The position numbers and the translations under genes are program-made. Shown here piece after piece: positions 10,751 to 24,259 of a stretch of DNA of 64,000 bases; position 1 is the first letter of the stretch; each line of letters opens with the position of its first letter. Below the pieces are notes generated by a model, which ran no database searches, was not told the origin of the DNA, and saw only the letters and a program-made list of their open reading frames with translations. The DNA is taken from NCBI RefSeq assembly GCF_018350175.1, contig NC_058368.1, positions 48,734,001 through 48,798,000 of the forward strand, written 5' to 3'. The stretch is from Felis catus. Its lineage: Eukaryota.

Positions 10751-13359
10751 TACGCTTCTCATAGCAAAGATGAGGATTCTGAGGCATCTGATGCTTTAAG
10801 ATCATTTTATCTTCAAACCAACACTTAAAAGGATTTTTTACAATCTGTTATTAATTGTTATGCTATAAATCATTTCCATGTATCTCATTAGCGTGAAAGG
10901 GCTGAATAACCTCCGCAGACCCAGCAGGCGAATGGGTCTCAGGAACTCAACTGGTTGTTGTGAAGTTCATGAGAAGAGAGAGAGAGAGAGAGAGCGTCTT
11001 TGAAAATGAGCATGAAACCAAGGCAAAGAAAATTGAATTGACGGCCAGTGGCTATTGCTACTATATCTACACATTCATAGATTGTTTGTATTTAAACAAA
11101 TTACTGATTCTTGAACTAAAATACAGTGTCTCACCTTCATATTTCTTTCACACCAATCACTGCATATTTGTCGTACATAAGGAATTCTTTAGTCTCAGAA
11201 GCTAAGCAGCGTAACGTGGGGAAATAAATGTATGGCTGAACACTGTCTATATTTTAACTACCAAGAGAGAAAAATTAGATGGAATCATAATATTTTCATC
11301 CTCACATTACGCCTGGTACTTTTATGCCTAAGTATTAAGATGATAGGTGCTATAGAAAGGATAAATAAATACAACAGAGGAAGTCTATTTAGTTATTTTA
11401 GAGCTGTTGTATTGAAATACTGCCTTGTTTACAATTTTCAACTCCACAAATCCTCATCAATTATTAAATATTTTCCTCATTGAATTAAGCAGGGCGACTG
11501 TATTTTCTCAGGAGAAAACATCAGGTGAAGCATAAGGCTTACTTTTAACATATAAAAATGTTCCTGCATGAATGAAACTCTATAGCTTTGTTACACTACC
11601 CCTCCCTCCCCCACCCTCCGCAGAAAGTACACATTTTAGTTATTACAGAAAATGACAAAGAATTCAAATCCTGAATTTTAAAGGGTTTAATTTTTTTTCA
11701 TTGTTTTGAAACCAGAAGCAGTTCTTTCCTATTGCAATGGCAAAATAAAATATTTCGTAGAACTTAACCACTGTTTCTCAGGCATTGTGCTTGGTACTGT
11801 CTTGGCCGACTCCAGAGAGGTTACAATACAGGCAAAAGTCAAGGAGGGGAAGTGACTATCACCTCTTACAGGGCAAAATGCTATGTGGTCCTTCACCATC
11901 AAACATTTGATTATTTTTCAACGGGACGATTATATTAACACTTCATTTATTCATTTATCAAAAGTACTCATTAAAAAGTTTGGTTGAGTAGTGTTTTATA
12001 AGGATACAATTTGCTATTAGCATGCTTCTTTGTTTCATTATGAGTTATGCTCATTGTTTATATGGCTTTTTGCCTGCTAGAACTGTTATCCACATGCATG
12101 AGTTCACTGGGCAGCCCCCTAGACAAGAAACATATGGCGGGGTCTGCTGAGAAAATCTAGACGCACACCACACGTAATTCTATCTCTTTTTGTGCACGTG
12201 TATTGACTTGTGTCCATTCGTGCATATCTACATCTGGGACCCGCACTTCTTACTAATAAAAATATTTATATAATTTAACCCCCAAAATACTTACAAATAT
12301 CACTTTTATTTACTAACATGCAATCAAGCAGCAAAGAAATATTTTGCCATTTTATCTAGAAGCATCAAAGTTAGAAAGGAGATAGACAATTCTCTACGGA
12401 TTTGGCAATAAACCCTAGACTTGAGGTTTTTAGTTCTTATTTCTGAACCTCATCTTGGATCAGGTTCCAAGGTTAAGAGCAGACACATTCAAGCTCATTT
12501 TAAACCTATATGCAAAAGTATTTCTTATTCTTAGCATCACAAAGTCTAAGCATTATCTTATTACAATATGCAAGCAAGTTAATTCTTTGACATTTCAAAT
12601 CTAAAGGAAAGTTTTATGTAACTCAAATATGTTTGTTTCGTTTTTTAAAAAATGGTGTCATTATTTTGGAATTTTGTCAAGGTAGAATTCTTTCAAAATT
12701 GGTAGGGCCCGATCTTAGAATGAGCATAAAGCAGGTACTTAAAGGACATTAATGGCTAGCAAAGCACATCTAAGTTAAAGGGAGGAAAGGTTTAAATGGT
12801 CAAAGACCTTTGAATAAAAAAGAACATTAAACGCACATCTTAACCATAGTTATAAATATGTCAGAAACAGGCTTTCCTGCCTGCTCTGTGAGTGGAATGA
12901 TTGTGCCATGTTGTTGACCTTTACTAAGTCAGTTAACCCTTTAGTAACCTTTATTTTCCCATTAGGAGCAATCCCTGCTTGTAAAGGAAATGCTGAACCA
13001 CAAATCTAAAATAATATTATTTTATTACTATTATTATCCCCAACAGAAAAGTCATTTCTTTCTGCAATAATGCTGCAAGAGTTGAATACAGGTCTGATGT
13101 AGCCTGTTGTCAGAATCCCGGGGAGAACACAGATTAAGAATATTGGTGACGAGAAATGAGTTAGCTTGGTACTTTTAAGAACCAAATCTATCTGTATTAT
13201 GTGTTCTCTTTTAAAAACATTCTTAACTTAATTTCTTTTGCCACATCGTTAATAGAGAACCAATGCTGCTGCTTTACAATTTCAGAGGACTTTTAATTTA
13301 GAGAAGTGCTCCCTATCAGTTACTGCCTTCTCGTGTTACACTACGCATGTAAAAAATCA

Positions 13360-13520
13360 ATGTGCTAAGTGCTTGATGTGTTTTATCTCATTTATTCCTC
13401 CCAATAGCCTGTGAGGGAGGGGATATCTTCTCTATTTTACAAAGAAGAAAACTGAGATCCGTAGACGTTAACTTGTTTCCAAGGTGACAAGGCTAGTAGG
13501 AAATGAAGCTGAGATTTGCT
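13360..13520 (-). mobile_element. MIR
   Basis: MIR core: attttacaaagaagaaaactgagatcc...gttaacttgtttccaaggtgaca. Confidence 0.8.
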
Positions 13521-13881
13521 TCTACATAGATGTCCTTCGGGTAAAGTACTCTTAATCACTGTGCATTCTGTACCCACAATGGGTGAAGGAAACCTGTTTG
13601 TGGAAATGTAGATACTTGCCAGGATCTCCCAGTCTGTGCATGTCAGATTTGAGCACACTGTTCTTCCCGTTAGACTGAATTATTATGGAAGGTGTTTTAT
13701 ACCCCCATTCTGGCCCATGAAGGAGGAACTTCAAAAAAAGATTAGTGAGCTCTTTCCTATTTACCTAGAGTCTTAAGTTGTGCATCTAGTTTCGGTTGTT
13801 GCCCCTTGTAAATGGAATAGTGATGATTTCAAGAGCTTCTCCAGGGCACTGGTGATGGCCTTTGATGATGCTGTAGTTGTG

Positions 13882-14200
13882 GCAGTGATTTTCCAGCTGG
13901 AGTCCATGGAACAGTGTTCTGGAAGAGGCTAATAGGTATTGCTGCCCTAAGAGTTCTGTGCTCTCAAACATTTGGAAAAAACTTAGTTATACAACAGTAG
14001 ACATTTCTTTGAAGAGGATGCTATAGCAGCTGTTTTTTCAACAGCTGTTTAGCTGTTAATTGACACTATGACTGTAAAAGACAGAGTCAACATAGTATAG
14101 AATGGGTCCCCCAAATATTTAATTACCCAGTTTTCAAACACATCTTTTGATAATCTGGGAATATTTTTCTCAAGGAATGTGAGTCCCCAAATGCTATTTT
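13882..14200. mobile_element. hAT-Charlie-like DNA transposon fossil
   Basis: cagtgattttccagctggagtccatggaaca start and aaacatttggaaaaa motif; similar fossils at ~51140-51372 and ~57910-58020. Confidence 0.45.
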
Positions 14201-14252
14201 GGGGTGTAAGTACTGCTCAACAACCTTGGGACATATCCTGACCCCATTGACC

Positions 14253-14283
14253 TTTTTTTTTTTTAAATGTTTACTTATTTGAT

Positions 14284-14318
<35 letters not shown>

Positions 14319-14508
14319 TTGAGACAGAGAGAGACACAGAGCGAGAGCAGGGAAGGGCAGAGAGAAGACGGAGACACAGAATCCAAAGCAGGATCCAGGC
14401 TCTGAGCTGTCAGCACAGAGCCCATCCAGAGCCTCGAACCCATGAACCCTGAGATCATGACCTGAGATGAAGTCAGACGCTTAACTGACTGAGCCACCCA
14501 GACGCCCC
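14253..14508 (-). mobile_element. Can-SINE
   Basis: Full body with (TTTA)n tail; degenerate TSD ccattgaccttttt / ccagtgactttttt. Confidence 0.95.
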
Positions 14509-14519
14509 CCAGTGACTTT

Positions 14520-16440
14520 TTTATACCTGTCTCACCTCAAACTTCCAAACCTCATCTTCCATCCTCACTGTCCAGTGATAGCCTTGCTTTTTATTTTCAT
14601 GAGAGAAAAGAAGCCCTCAAGAGTGGATTTTCCACATATGCTTTCACACCCCAGTTACCCATTTCTTACAGCTCCACCTTCCTTTGTGATGCCATGAATA
14701 GACTGTCGATTCTCCCATGTAAAGGCAACTCCTCCATCCAGCATTCCACCCCTTATCTTCACCCCATCATGTAGATTGCTCCAGTAATTGTCTCCTCAAT
14801 TCTGCATCACCAGATTTTCCTTTTCTGCTCAATTGTTCAGCACACAACATCCTGACATTTGCCAAGTCTTAGGAAAAAATTCAAAAATCTTTCTCCTGAC
14901 CACACAGTCTCCTCCAGCTCCCGCCCCATTTCTCTATTCTTCATGATAACGAAAGTCTGCCAAGAAGTTCTCTAGTTTTTTTGTACTCTGACTTCTCCTG
15001 TACTTTCGTGGGTCCAATTCAGTTTCATCCCTACCACTCTACTCAAACTACGTATGTGAAGGTCAACAAAAATTAAATCGAGCGTGTAAACAAAGCTAGT
15101 GGCAAATGCTCAGTCTTCATCATCTTGACCTATCAGCAGAACTTGGTCCAGATAGGTCAAGAAGGTGAAGTTTAACACTAATATTAACTGATAAAGAGAT
15201 AGTTTAGCACTGTCTTCTCCTTGAAACATTTTCTTCCCTTGCCTTCCAGAACGCCATATTCTCTCATTCTTTTCTTTCCCCTCTCCTTTTTCCAATATTG
15301 GAGTGCTTATGTTCGCTGTTGGATCTCCTAATTATCTCTCCTACTCCCTTAGAGATCTCATCTGGTCTTCTGGCTTAAATGCCATCAATGATGCTATTAA
15401 TATCCTGATAGCTCTCAAATGTGTATATTAAGGGGCCCCTAACTTCAGACTGATATAGTCCACATTCTACTCTATAGCTAAACTCATATGCATATGTACA
15501 ATTAAAATTACACTGTATAAAACTGAGCCCCAGACCCTAGCCCTAAATCTATTCCTTTTCATCTTCTCCATGTCGGTCAATAGCAATCACTTCCTTCCCC
15601 TCACTGTTAGGGTAAAAATCTTAGTATCATTTCTCAGAGTTGGCATGTGGTCAGTCAGCAAGTGCAATCAACTCTACTCTCAAATTAGATGCAGAGTCTG
15701 CTATTCTCTCACCACCTCCCCTGGTACGACTCTTCCTCTTTTACCCAGATTATTGCAGAATCCTCCGGCATCGACTCCCCACTTCCATCTTCCCCTCCTT
15801 ACAGACGTTTCTCAGGATACTGTCCAGAAGGAACGTCTTAAAACCTAAGTCAGATCTGACCTCCTCTCTCCTCAGCTCAATGCTCCCACAATGGTGTCCC
15901 ACTCACTCTTTATAAGCAAAGTCTTTGCAAAGACTGCCAGAGTGTGTCAAGGTTACCTGCTACCTCTCCACATCCCATCTCTCACTCTTCTCCCTCCCAG
16001 TTTTCACCCACTCTGGCCTCCTTGCTGCTCCTGAACACACGAGGCCATCCTGCCCCACAGCTATACACTTGCTACTCCCTCTGCTTCAAGGGGTTGGCGC
16101 TTAGATCAACACCTGTGCATGTCCTCGCCCTTGGTTGTCTGCTCACCCAGTCAGTCAGAACTTCCCTTTTGAAACTTTTTCAAAAATAGCAACTTCTTTC
16201 CTACATTGTCCTAAATCTGTTCCCTGGTTTATTTTTCTCCATATATCAGCATCAACAGTTAACATAATTTATTTATTTTTTATTTTTTTACATTCCATCT
16301 CCCCCCAGCTAGGTTGTCATCTCAGTAAGGACAGATCTTTTTGTCTGTTTTATTTGCTAATGTACACACAATGCCTAGAAGAGTGCCTGGAATATAGCTG
16401 GCACTCCAGAACTATGTACTGAATTCATTATTAAATGAAT
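14520..16440 (+). mobile_element. Long L2 (L2a-like) fragment covering degraded ORF2 and the 3' end
   Basis: L2 hallmarks: cagtcttcatcatcttgacctatcagcag, ctccttgaaacattttcttccc, ctggcctccttgctgctcctgaacac, and 3' end aatgcctagaagagtgcctggaatatag...aaatgaat. Confidence 0.85.
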
Positions 16441-19400
16441 CAAAGAATACCTCTCTACTATATGGTGAAAGAATTCTTCCTACCCAAATATTATCATGCA
16501 TGAAAAGGCTAACACTCATTCATTGAGCATTGGCGTTTTTAACAAGAAAACTTTGTTTCTATGAATCAAAAAACAAGATTCCTAGTAGCATCATTAATCA
16601 GTTATAATAAAATAGTACTGCTTGCCCCCAATTACTAATTTCAGGATCTGTAACAGGTGATGAGTCTATTCACAGTTATATGAATATAAACTCATTTAGG
16701 CATTTTACAAGTGTAGATAGGGACTTTAGTTTAGGGTCTGAGGGAAGACCAAAGACCGAAGATTCGTAGTTCTAAAAACTAGATCTTGAGAGCATGAAAA
16801 AAGTGGTACTCTGGGGCATTTTCATATCACCATTTACATTTAAAATTATAATTCCAACTGGGTAAAAATAAAATGTGATTAGGCATTTACAGTCAATAGA
16901 CAAAGCTCCCCCAAACTAAGAAGGATCCTCAAATGTTGGAAAAAGTCAAAGGAGACAGTAAGAAATCCTGACCAGGAAATGATTGAAGCTTATAAACACA
17001 CGATTCGGGAAGTAGATTTGACAGAAGTAACCTACCTCTGGTGAGTCTTAGATTCATTATGGCAATGGCGTGAAAAACAAAATAGCTCTTTACACGCTAA
17101 GAAAATGAACCAACCAAAAATATTAGGAATAAAAAATTATCTGTAATTAATTTGCAATGCTATAAAAATGCACGCTGAAAGGAAAAGGATGAGGTAATAA
17201 ATACAAAGTAAAGAGTGGTGACACCCCCAGGAAATAAAAACAGGCAGTTCATAATAGATGAGTGTTTCATTTTTGACAGTATTTTCCAAGAAAGAGGGTG
17301 GCCTGACTTTGGAATATAAATAGATGCTCTGGTACAGTCCTTTAATGGAGAGAAAAGCAGTCCACTGGACTCCTACAATGTGATGAAAATAGCTTGCAAG
17401 ACCACCCAACACATTTACTCTAATCCTGGACTTCCCAAGCCATTTTTAAAAATTTGGTTTCTCAATACAGGCTGGTTAGCAGGAATATTAAGCTAAGTTT
17501 CTCATTATTAATTATTTAAATGCCATCCTACTACAAATAATTCATGTGTGACTTGGGGCCAGATAAGCTTGTTTTCCTCTCCAGGCAAAATGATTAACTA
17601 AATAAATTTTTCTAGAATGCTCCTTTCTCAAACATCAGTCTTTTACTCCACCACATTCCCATACTTGTACTACCTCCCTAAGAACCAAAGATTTTATTTG
17701 TCAGTACTTTTGTGCCACCTGATAAACTAACGGGACATTTTAAAGATGTTTGCTTTTATGGAAGGTTCTTAAGAATACAAGTTGATAAAACCAAAGCATA
17801 AAGTGCAGATAAAAATGGGAAAGATGTAATAATACAAAAGTAATTAGTAGTTGTCATTTATTACATGTTTGCTCTATACCTGTTACTCTTAATGTATATA
17901 TTGGGCTTAATTTCACAGAGTCACAAAATCTGGGTATTAAAGATGAAAATGCTTTTTCCCCCCATGATAACTGAAACTACTTAAGAATTTCCAGTCTCTC
18001 TGATGGTGGAAATTTTTGTATTGTCAATTCAAGTCTACTTAGTAAATTCCTGAACTCACTGTGGTCAATTTAAGGTTTCAAATCAATTTGTTATTCTCCC
18101 TCAATTTTTATTTGAAGCCAGGAGTTGAACTAAGACCCTGGTCAGAAAGGGTTTCAAGGAGGGGCTGGTAAAAATATCGTTTCTGCCTGGGTATAGGTCA
18201 TCTGATCCAGGTGTTATCCTCTGTGCTCCTGCGGTCCAGCAATTTATAGCTGGTCATGCCTGAACTTGAATTACTGGCCCATACATTGTTGAGTTCATAC
18301 CCTTCCAATGGCCTCGGGTTGTCAGACCATGCTTTCTTCATCTTCTTTGTTCTAAACACGAAGTCTCCTTTAATACACCTGTCCTCTCAGCGCAAGCCCC
18401 CACCCTCACACTCAACGCCACACTCAGGTCAAAAACTCAAGAGCTCAGAGACCTGTATTCAGCTTTGTTAGTTAACAGCATTTGGGTCAATATTGGGTTT
18501 AAAACTGTCAAAGTGTTATGGGCTTTACCTGGGGAAGCCAAGCTATTGCCCTTTTGTTCTAGAATCCCCCTGAACCTTTGCCCACTGTCCTGGGTTTGCA
18601 GACATGACCCTTGTCAATTTACTTTCCTGCTTGCCTACCCTGGATTTTTAAACTTCTCCTTTTAAACTAAAATGAAATGGTGACTTTGTTGTTGTTCTAG
18701 ATTGGATCTGAACCCCTCCTGAAGCAATAAATATTATTTATTCAGTAAATAGACTCTTGAAAACATTAAGAACTTAAGAATGACTGCAAAAATAAACTGA
18801 ATTGGTTAATTTTCAAAAACATTATCTTCTTTCTTTTATCCCCCTAATAAATATTTGCGTCCCTACGGGGAAAAATATTTGTCCAAGAGTATCATAGCTA
18901 TGTCCCTGTTCAAATTTTGTTTACCCATAACTTACTTCCCAGAGTTCCTGAGATTATGGAGTTACATGGGGATCATGAGTGAAGTTGTCACTTGTTTCTA
19001 TTATGGGATCATCACTGCTCTCCCAAAGATTGCTCTTTGCTCACTTTCCCCTCCTAGGTAGACTATACTACAGAAGGAGCCAGCTTGAAATTGGGATAAC
19101 TAAGGGTAGGCAAATGTCTTTGCTTACGATTGGAGGAGATGATGTATGGAATCCCAGTCTAAATCTTCTGGGATGTCCATTGGTTCCCAAGAATAGTAAC
19201 TGTCCCTTAAACTGTGTCCTGGCAGCCTGGCTAAAGAGATGATACGTATTGACCAGTCCTTGGCTCTTACAACATCATGGTGCTCTTTACTCTGCAGAGT
19301 CTCAAGGTCCTCCCTGGTCTATTTACCTTCTCCAATGGAAGGTGTGGGTTCTCCTCACAGCATGAATATGGGATCTTGTTTCATCTTCCTAAGTCAAACT

Positions 19401-20738
19401 CTTTAAATACACTGCCACTGCCACTTTTATGGCCTAAGTTGGTACCCCTAGAATTGGCCTCCAAGAATAGGAGATTTATTTCTTTGGCATCTCAGAGTCA
19501 GAGCTGATGGCCATAAATATAACTTCCTATGCCAGTCCCCTTTTTTTTTCTCTGCTGACTATCAATATCATCTCAGTGAAATTAATATCACAGTTTGGGG
19601 TTCCAAACTTTGGCTTTCTGCAGACAGTTCTCTCATAGCATCATGGTTCTGACTTGCTCCCATTCTTATCTAAGGTTTGAATTAGTTCATGGTGCAAGTA
19701 TGCCTTGCATGAGTGTTCCTTGGAATTTCAGGCAAGGCCCCACATGCAGCAGATTTAAAATTTTGCAGTCACTAACCTATGTGTATAAAATTCTAATAGT
19801 GTTTATTTCTCTACAAGTGAAATTAACTCAGTCTGTACCTCCCATTTTGGAGATGGCAAAAACAGAATCTGAGTAATTCAAGATGAGTCAGTCATTTACA
19901 ACTTAGGTCTGGCCAAATCAAGTTAAATATTCAGTCAGTTTTAAATTCATGTTCTCTCCTTCCTTCTCTTTTGGGATAATCTGTGTTGGGAGGAAAGCTG
20001 TTGCTTTTGCATTATCCTGTCATTGGGGAGGGGTGTTCGATGCCTTCTGAACTTGTTGGCCTCCAGTGACGTGTAGCTCACCTGAGTCATCTCTGCTGTA
20101 GTGCCCTGGCATCTGTTACTGATGTCTGTGGCCTCTAGTCTCAGAGTCTGCACATTCTTGCTTCTCTCTTGTTTGTGCCACGTCTTTGCATATGGGAACA
20201 ATTTGCATAGATAACTTCCTCAGCGTTTCTTTCCCATTTGGCAGGTGGTATGTTGGAGACCCCTGCTCCAGAACAGACCTTCCCAAGTCAGATCTTGGGA
20301 ACTTAAACTGTAGTCCTGTCTTCTCTGAGAGTCTCCCTCAAATAGAAGGTTTCTGCTGCTATTTCTACTCAGAATTTAGTTTCCAAACTAGGACAGATTT
20401 CTGGGCACTTCTCAGAGGCCTCTGTGTGAGCTAGTCATGTTTCCTCCAAATCAATTCATTCCAGCCATCTGATTCTTCTCTGAGTTTCCTACAGTATAAT
20501 GTGTAATATCAAAAAAATATATGCCCTGAGTGAAACAAGCTCTGGATCTTTAGAACCCAAAAATCCTTTTCTTTCTTGTTAAGTCCCGTTTCTTGTTAAG
20601 TCAAAAGTGCTTTTGACACCTGACACAATATTGACACAAAAGGGTTGCATAATTTAGCTTTTTGCCTCTTCTCCTAGGAAATAGGCAAAAGTCTAAGGAA
20701 GAAAAAAATGAACCTTGCAAGCTTACTTTTTCATGAAT

Positions 20739-20806
20739 TATACACACACACACACACGCATGCACGTGCATGCACACACACGCACACACACACACACGTA
20801 TATATA
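20739..20806. repeat. Alternating purine-pyrimidine (CA)n compound microsatellite
   Basis: tatacacacacacacacacgcatgcacgtgcatgcacacacacgcacacacacacacacgtatata. Confidence 0.9.
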
Positions 20807-21329
20807 ATCTACTGTCTAATACATATATATAATCTACTATCTTTAAAATTATGTAAGAATGGTCAAAAGCCATACGAGAAGTAGAAAGAGGAAGCCCAGA
20901 ACATACCAGAGCTCAGATTGGACCACCTCCCAAAGATTAGGGGTTCTCACTGAAGCACAAACACTATGGCGCTTGTTTACAAGAATGGGTCAGGAACTGG
21001 GGTGAGCAGGGCTATAGTGGAGGCCCTCTTGATCCGCTTGGTTCAGATAAGCAAAAGACATAGGGCTAAACAAGGAGTCACACAGATGAGCCATAACTGC
21101 AGAACACAGTCTACCTCTGTGCTAGTTCAAGAGGAGAAGAGTTTCTGCTGGGAGGGTCCCCCATTGTAGCCTCCCAGTCTTCATGACCTCCAGCAAAAGG
21201 CCCAAGTGCTATAGCATCATGAAAAGATATTCTAAGAAAGAAAAATATATAAAAGAACAGCCAATTTTCCCAGCAGAAAAATAGCATGCATTGAACTGTT
21301 GGTATTTTAAACACATATACAGTACTCCT

Positions 21330-22540
21330 AGTGGGAAATGTCAGCCAAAGATTAAATATCCAGCCAAACTATCCTTCAGATATAAAGACCAAAGTCTGTC
21401 CAGGCTGTTTGAATATGCAGGAGCACAGGGAATATTGTCCCAATGATGAAATCCCTGGGGATAGCTTTGGAGACTGGCAGATGTGTAAGCAGGGGGCACA
21501 GAATCTGTTTAACTATAGGCAAAGCCGAAATCAAATGTGAGGGAACCTGGTGACTGACCAGATATATGTTATATGCCATGACCATTTAGTAATTATCTAA
21601 GTAATGAAACTTTGGGGAGGAAAGGGGGGTGGTAGAATGGGAGTTAGTGTAAGTTTACTGATTACTTCATCTGTAATAGTCGAGAATCAAGAGATAGCAT
21701 TTAAAGTTGACAGATCACGTAATAGAAATATTAGCATTTGTAGCCATAATATTAAACATTAGAAAAGGCAGTAGAGATGAAGAGGAAGCAGGGGACAGAA
21801 AGAGCAAGCATGCTAATTTTATCATTGCTCATAATAGAAAGTAGATATTACCTAAAAAATGGAAGACTAGGGATATTATGTGATTATAATTATACAGGCT
21901 CCAGTAGTCTAGGGATACAAAATTTCTTTTTTTTAACTTCTTAATGTTTATTTATTTTTCAGAGAGAGACAGACATAGAGAACGTGAGTGGGAGAGGGGC
22001 AGAGAGAGACGGAGACACAGAATCCGAAGCAGGCTCCAGGCTCTGATCTGTCAGCACAGAGCACAGAGCCGGGCGCGGGGCTCAAACCCACAGACCGTGA
22101 GATCATGACCTGGACTGAAGTCGACTCACTTAACTGACTCAGCCACCCAAGAAGGTTTTTATAATTCATAGTGGAGGTACAGTTAGAATATTTGTGCTCC
22201 CCCCCAAGGCAAGGCAGAAATTTCCAAAGATCTGATGAGAAATAGACAGATACATAGTAGCAGTATAAGTCCTTATTTCTCCTTTCTCACAAATCAAAAT
22301 TAAGTGTCTAGAAGACTTGAATATTATAATAAGTAGGGTAGATCAATATATACATACAGATGTAAATGTCAAATATTGTATCTTGAAAATAACAAATATA
22401 CACTCAAGTGCTCAAGTTGTATTCACAAAAACTGATCACATATTATGCTACACAGAAAGCCTTCATGAACTTGAAAAGTAGACATAATACAAGTAACTCT
22501 CTAATCCTAGCACAATAAAATCAGAAACTAACATCAAAAT
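21330..22540 (+). mobile_element. Ancient L1 (L1ME-like) fragment: ORF1 end to ORF2 endonuclease remnant, interrupted by a SINE
   Basis: atatccagccaaactatccttcagatataaag matches the ORF1 YPAKLSF motif; attcacaaaaactgatcacatattatgctacacagaaagcc...ataaaatcagaaactaac matches the FxKIDHILGH...IKLEIN region. Confidence 0.75.
21923..22150 (-). mobile_element. Can-SINE, slightly 5'-truncated
   Basis: gagacacagaatccgaagcaggctccaggctctga...gagatcatgacctg...cagccaccca. Confidence 0.93.
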
Positions 22541-22552
22541 CTAGAACATACT

Positions 22553-22751
22553 GGGGTGCCTGGGTGGCTCAGTTGGTTGGGCGTCCAACTTCAGGTCAGT
22601 TCATGATCTCACAGCCTGTGAGTTCGAGCCCCGTGTCAGGCTCTGTGCTGACAGCTCGGATCCTGCTTCAGATTCTGTGTCTCTCTCTCTCTCTACCCCT
22701 CCCCTGCTCATGCTCTGTCCCTGTCTCAAAAATAAATAAAAACATTTGTAA
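22553..22751 (+). mobile_element. Can-SINE
   Basis: Perfect 17-bp TSD AAAATCTAGAACATACT at 22536-22552 and 22752-22768. Confidence 0.96.
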
Positions 22752-22899
22752 AAAATCTAGAACATACTCTATTTCTTTCCAATGATTTTTAAAATAAATT
22801 TTTATTGTTTTGTTTTACTCATTTCTGAGCACTAAGAAAATGACATCAGACTGTAATAACTTTCCTGGGATTTGTTCTTTGTTTTTACCTAATGTCCTT

Positions 22900-23458
22900 G
22901 TCCTGGTTATCTATCCCTATATTATGCATCACTCCAAAACTTGGTGTAAAACAACCATCATTTATAGTTGATGGACACAAATGGACATCTCCCAGTGTGT
23001 CTGGAATTAAGAGTTCAAGAAAATCATGGTTGGGAGGCTCTGGTTCCATGTGCTAGGAGCCATGTAATTTCTAGAGCTGGGGTCATCTCCGAGACACCAG
23101 ACATTTCTGGTGTCTGAGCTGGGAAGACTAGAGATGTTGGGGACTAGAGCAAGTGGAGCTTCTCTGGGCTCCTCTCTCCGTTTCTTTCTTTGGGGTCTGG
23201 TCGCATGACGGTAGCTCAACAATCCAAGGGCCAGCCAGAAATTATATTGGCTTTTATGACCTTCCCTCAGGACTCACCAAGCATCTGTCTTGTATGAGCT
23301 GAAGCAGTCATAAAGACCCACCCAAATCCAAAGGGAGGGAACAGAAACTCTACCTGTTGACCTGGGCGACTGTGGAGAGGGGAGTGATGAGCTTCTGGAA
23401 GAACATTTGAGACTGGAATACATTGTGGCCAGCTTTTGAAAAATACCATCTGCCACAA
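22900..23458 (-). mobile_element. MaLR LTR (MLT1F/G-like)
   Basis: ccaaaacttggtgtaaaacaaccatcattt start, cacccaaatccaaagggagggaacag, end aaaataccatctgccaca. Confidence 0.8.
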
Positions 23459-23479
23459 TTATCTTTCAGAGGTTTAGCC

Positions 23480-23830
23480 ATAACATTGAATGTTGCTGTA
23501 GTTATTTATTTGCATCATTGTCTGAAAATGCTTGAGTCTATTAATCCATTCTTCTGCTCATGAACATTTGGGTTGTTTTCTAGTTTTTTGCCCTTATGAA
23601 CATCTTTGCTACAGGTATCCTTGCATAAGTCTCGTGATACATGTGTGCATGATACATGTGTGCATGTCTCTTAGGAATATGCCTAGGAGTGAATTTCTGT
23701 GTCACAGAGTACCCAGATATTCCACTGTGCAGTATAATAGCAAATTATCTTCCACAGGAGTTGAATCAATTTAGAATCACCCACCAGAAATACATTAGTT
23801 CCACCTACTTCACATCCTCTCCACTCTACA
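23480..23830 (-). mobile_element. Old L1 (L1ME-like) 3' fragment
   Basis: atgaacatttgggttgttttctag...atatgcctaggagtgaattt...cccaccagaaatacattagttcc. Confidence 0.75.
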
Positions 23831-23844
23831 CCTCCCCCTCTGCA

Positions 23845-24053
23845 AATGTATGCATCAGAAGAAAGTATGCTAAGAGAGTAGATCTTAAAAGTCATCAGTA
23901 TAAGAAAAGAAACATCACTATGTTTGGTGATGGATGTTACCTAGACATATTGTGGTGATAATTTTGCAATATATGCATATACTGAATCATTATACTGTAC
24001 ACCGCAAACTAATATAATGTTGTATGTCATTTATATCTCAACAAAAAAGAAAA
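23845..24053 (+). mobile_element. L1MA-type (L1MA9-like) 3' end with A-tail
   Basis: tgctaagagagtagatcttaaaag...aaactaatataatgttgtatgtcatttatatctcaacaaaaaagaaaa. Confidence 0.85.
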
Positions 24054-24209
24054 TGTTCTACATTAATAATACTAAAAAAAGAGCTTACAATGATTCATCA
24101 CATTTTAGAGGTCACCAACTGTAAAAGGCTTGCCTAACAAACTTTGTTAGTATAATCTAACACTGGTGGTTATGTGCTAAGTTTTCAATAAGTTCTTGCT
24201 GAAATCGAA

Positions 24210-24213
<4 letters not shown>

Positions 24214-24256
<43 letters not shown>
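24214..24256. repeat. (GA)n microsatellite
   Basis: About 21 perfect GA units. Confidence 0.95.

Positions 24257-24259
<3 letters not shown>

Noticed and set aside
21486..21502. CTCF-like motif AGCAGGGGGCAC
   Set aside because: Lacks the 5' CC of the core and lies in an old L1; cannot be supported.
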